Part shown: piece by piece, positions 5,367 through 6,483 of the stretch | How positions within the stretch are numbered: the first letter of the stretch is position 1 | Layout: each line of letters opens with the position of its first letter | Origin: Candidatus Heimdallarchaeota archaeon | Lineage (GTDB): Archaea; Asgardarchaeota; Heimdallarchaeia; JABLTI01 | DNA length: 6,483 bases | Assembly (NCBI GenBank): GCA_030614005.1 | Contig: JAUWKS010000110.1 | Span: 1 to 6,483, forward strand | Direction of reading: 5' to 3' | Notes under the pieces: generated by a model | Seen by the model: the letters and a program-made list of their open reading frames with translations, nothing else | Databases searched by the model: none | Told to the model about the DNA's origin: nothing | Position numbers and translations under genes: made by a program

Positions 5367-6483
5367 ATGCTCTCAAAAGAACGGCGCCTCACAAGAAAAG
5401 CATACAAAAAACTAATAGCTGACTTGCCAAAGGACGAATTAGAGAAAGCAATGGAACAAGTACAACAAATAGCAAAACCACCAAAGAAAAAACCGCTACA
5501 ACTAGCAGCTAAAGTAAAGATCAAACCAACTCCAGAGCAAGAAGAAGTTCTCTGGGCACTAGCAGAAAATTGTCGATTAATACATTACTTTGCTAACAAA
5601 GAGCGAAAAGAATGGTGGGATAAAAACAAGCACTTGCCAAAGAAGAAAAGAGACAAAGAAACAAAACCTACCTACAACAAGCAATCAGCACAACTACCAA
5701 AGTTAAAAGCCCTTTATCCTCGTTATGAACAAAATTATTCTAAAACATTACAAGAAACACTGAAGCAATTAAAAGCTGATTATAAATCATTTTTTGCTCT
5801 AAGAAAGAATGGTTACGAGGATGCACAACCACCGAGATTCAAAGGAAAAAAATACTTTACCACCATGCATTACAATCAGAAAGGATTCAAAATCGAAGGA
5901 ACAAAAATTAACTTTACTCATTTCTATCCTTCAAAAAAAGCAAAAGACAAAGTAGACCTCACATTTGAGATGGAAGGAAAATTCACCTTTGAAGGTAAAA
6001 AAGTGAAACACGTAACCATCTTCCAAAAACACAAAACAAAAGAATTTTTCTTATCAATAATTTACGAAGAAGAAACACAAGAATATTTTGACAATGGTAT
6101 TTACCAAACAATAGACTTGGGAGTAATCAACTTGGTTGCAGCAGTGAACAGTCACGAGGGAAAAACAATAACGATAAAAAACAAACGAGTAGACAAGTAC
6201 TGGCAACCAAAAATAGAAGAGTTAACATCAAAGAGAGATCATTGCAAAAAATACTCTAATCGCTGGTACTGGTTAAACAACAAACTCAGCAAAATGATAT
6301 CAAAACAAGCGAACCAGCAAAAAGATTTCCAGCACAAAATAAGCAAGCAAGTGGTTGAAAACACCAAAGCGAATACTATCATCATTGGTGATTTAACCGT
6401 TAAGGAAATGTCGAAGAGTAAAAAAAGAGATAAAAAGAACGATAAGAGCAGACATAGAACCATGCAAAGCAGTGGTTCGATTG
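5367..6483 (+). CDS. tnpB: TnpB-family RNA-guided nuclease, copy 2, 3'-truncated by window edge
   Basis: My translation is open from ATG 5367 (alternative ATG 5451) to the window end, 372 codons. N-terminal KVKIKPTPEQEEVLWALAENCRLIHY (HTH_OrfB_IS605-like), PPRFKGK, RuvC-I TIDLG (D 6114-6116), IIIGDL (G 6387-6389). Confidence 0.95.
   Translation, partial: MLSKERRLTRKAYKKLIADLPKDELEKAMEQVQQIAKPPKKKPLQLAAKVKIKPTPEQEEVLWALAENCRLIHYFANKERKEWWDKNKHLPKKKRDKETKPTYNKQSAQLPKLKALYPRYEQNYSKTLQETLKQLKADYKSFFALRKNGYEDAQPPRFKGKKYFTTMHYNQKGFKIEGTKINFTHFYPSKKAKDKVDLTFEMEGKFTFEGKKVKHVTIFQKHKTKEFFLSIIYEEETQEYFDNGIYQTIDLGVINLVAAVNSHEGKTITIKNKRVDKYWQPKIEELTSKRDHCKKYSNRWYWLNNKLSKMISKQANQQKDFQHKISKQVVENTKANTIIIGDLTVKEMSKSKKRDKKNDKSRHRTMQSSGSI
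6018..6483 (+). repeat. Diverged direct repeat of 1-466 (offset 6017, no indels); last 55 nt identical to 412-466
   Basis: Codon-by-codon alignment gives 32 amino-acid differences in the first 137 codons, then an exact 55-nt match of 6429-6483 to 412-466. Confidence 0.95.

Larger units (their letters stand above)
5274..6483 (+). mobile_element. 5' portion of a tnpB-only (IS1341-like) element; left boundary approximate
   Basis: Only 171 nt separate the tnpB ATG from the divergent LAGLIDADG gene, leaving no room for tnpA upstream. A hairpin lies at 5274-5331. Confidence 0.55.

Overview
AT-rich window, probably archaeal: GAGGT/AGGTGA/AGGAGA ribosome-binding motifs, oligo-T terminators and a TET-type M42 peptidase. 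An Asgard/Heimdallarchaeia-like origin is only my inference from gene content. The window starts inside one tnpB (3' part, 1-783) and ends inside a second, same-orientation tnpB (5367-6483, missing from the ORF track because it has no stop). No tnpA is visible. Both TnpBs have Gly in place of the RuvC-II Glu. Copy 1 has a candidate substitute Glu 54 codons downstream, the rearranged active site known from Fanzors and their TnpB relatives. The copies are about 77% identical in protein until an abrupt switch to 55/55 identical nucleotides that ends exactly at the window edge, so 412-6428 could close into a 6017-bp circle or tandem unit. Between them lie an M42 aminopeptidase, an aromatic-rich orphan, a Zn-ribbon membrane protein, a 61%-GC multi-hairpin island with five GAGNA motifs, and a double-LAGLIDADG + XRE-HTH protein. 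That last frame continues 57 codons past an in-frame TGA.
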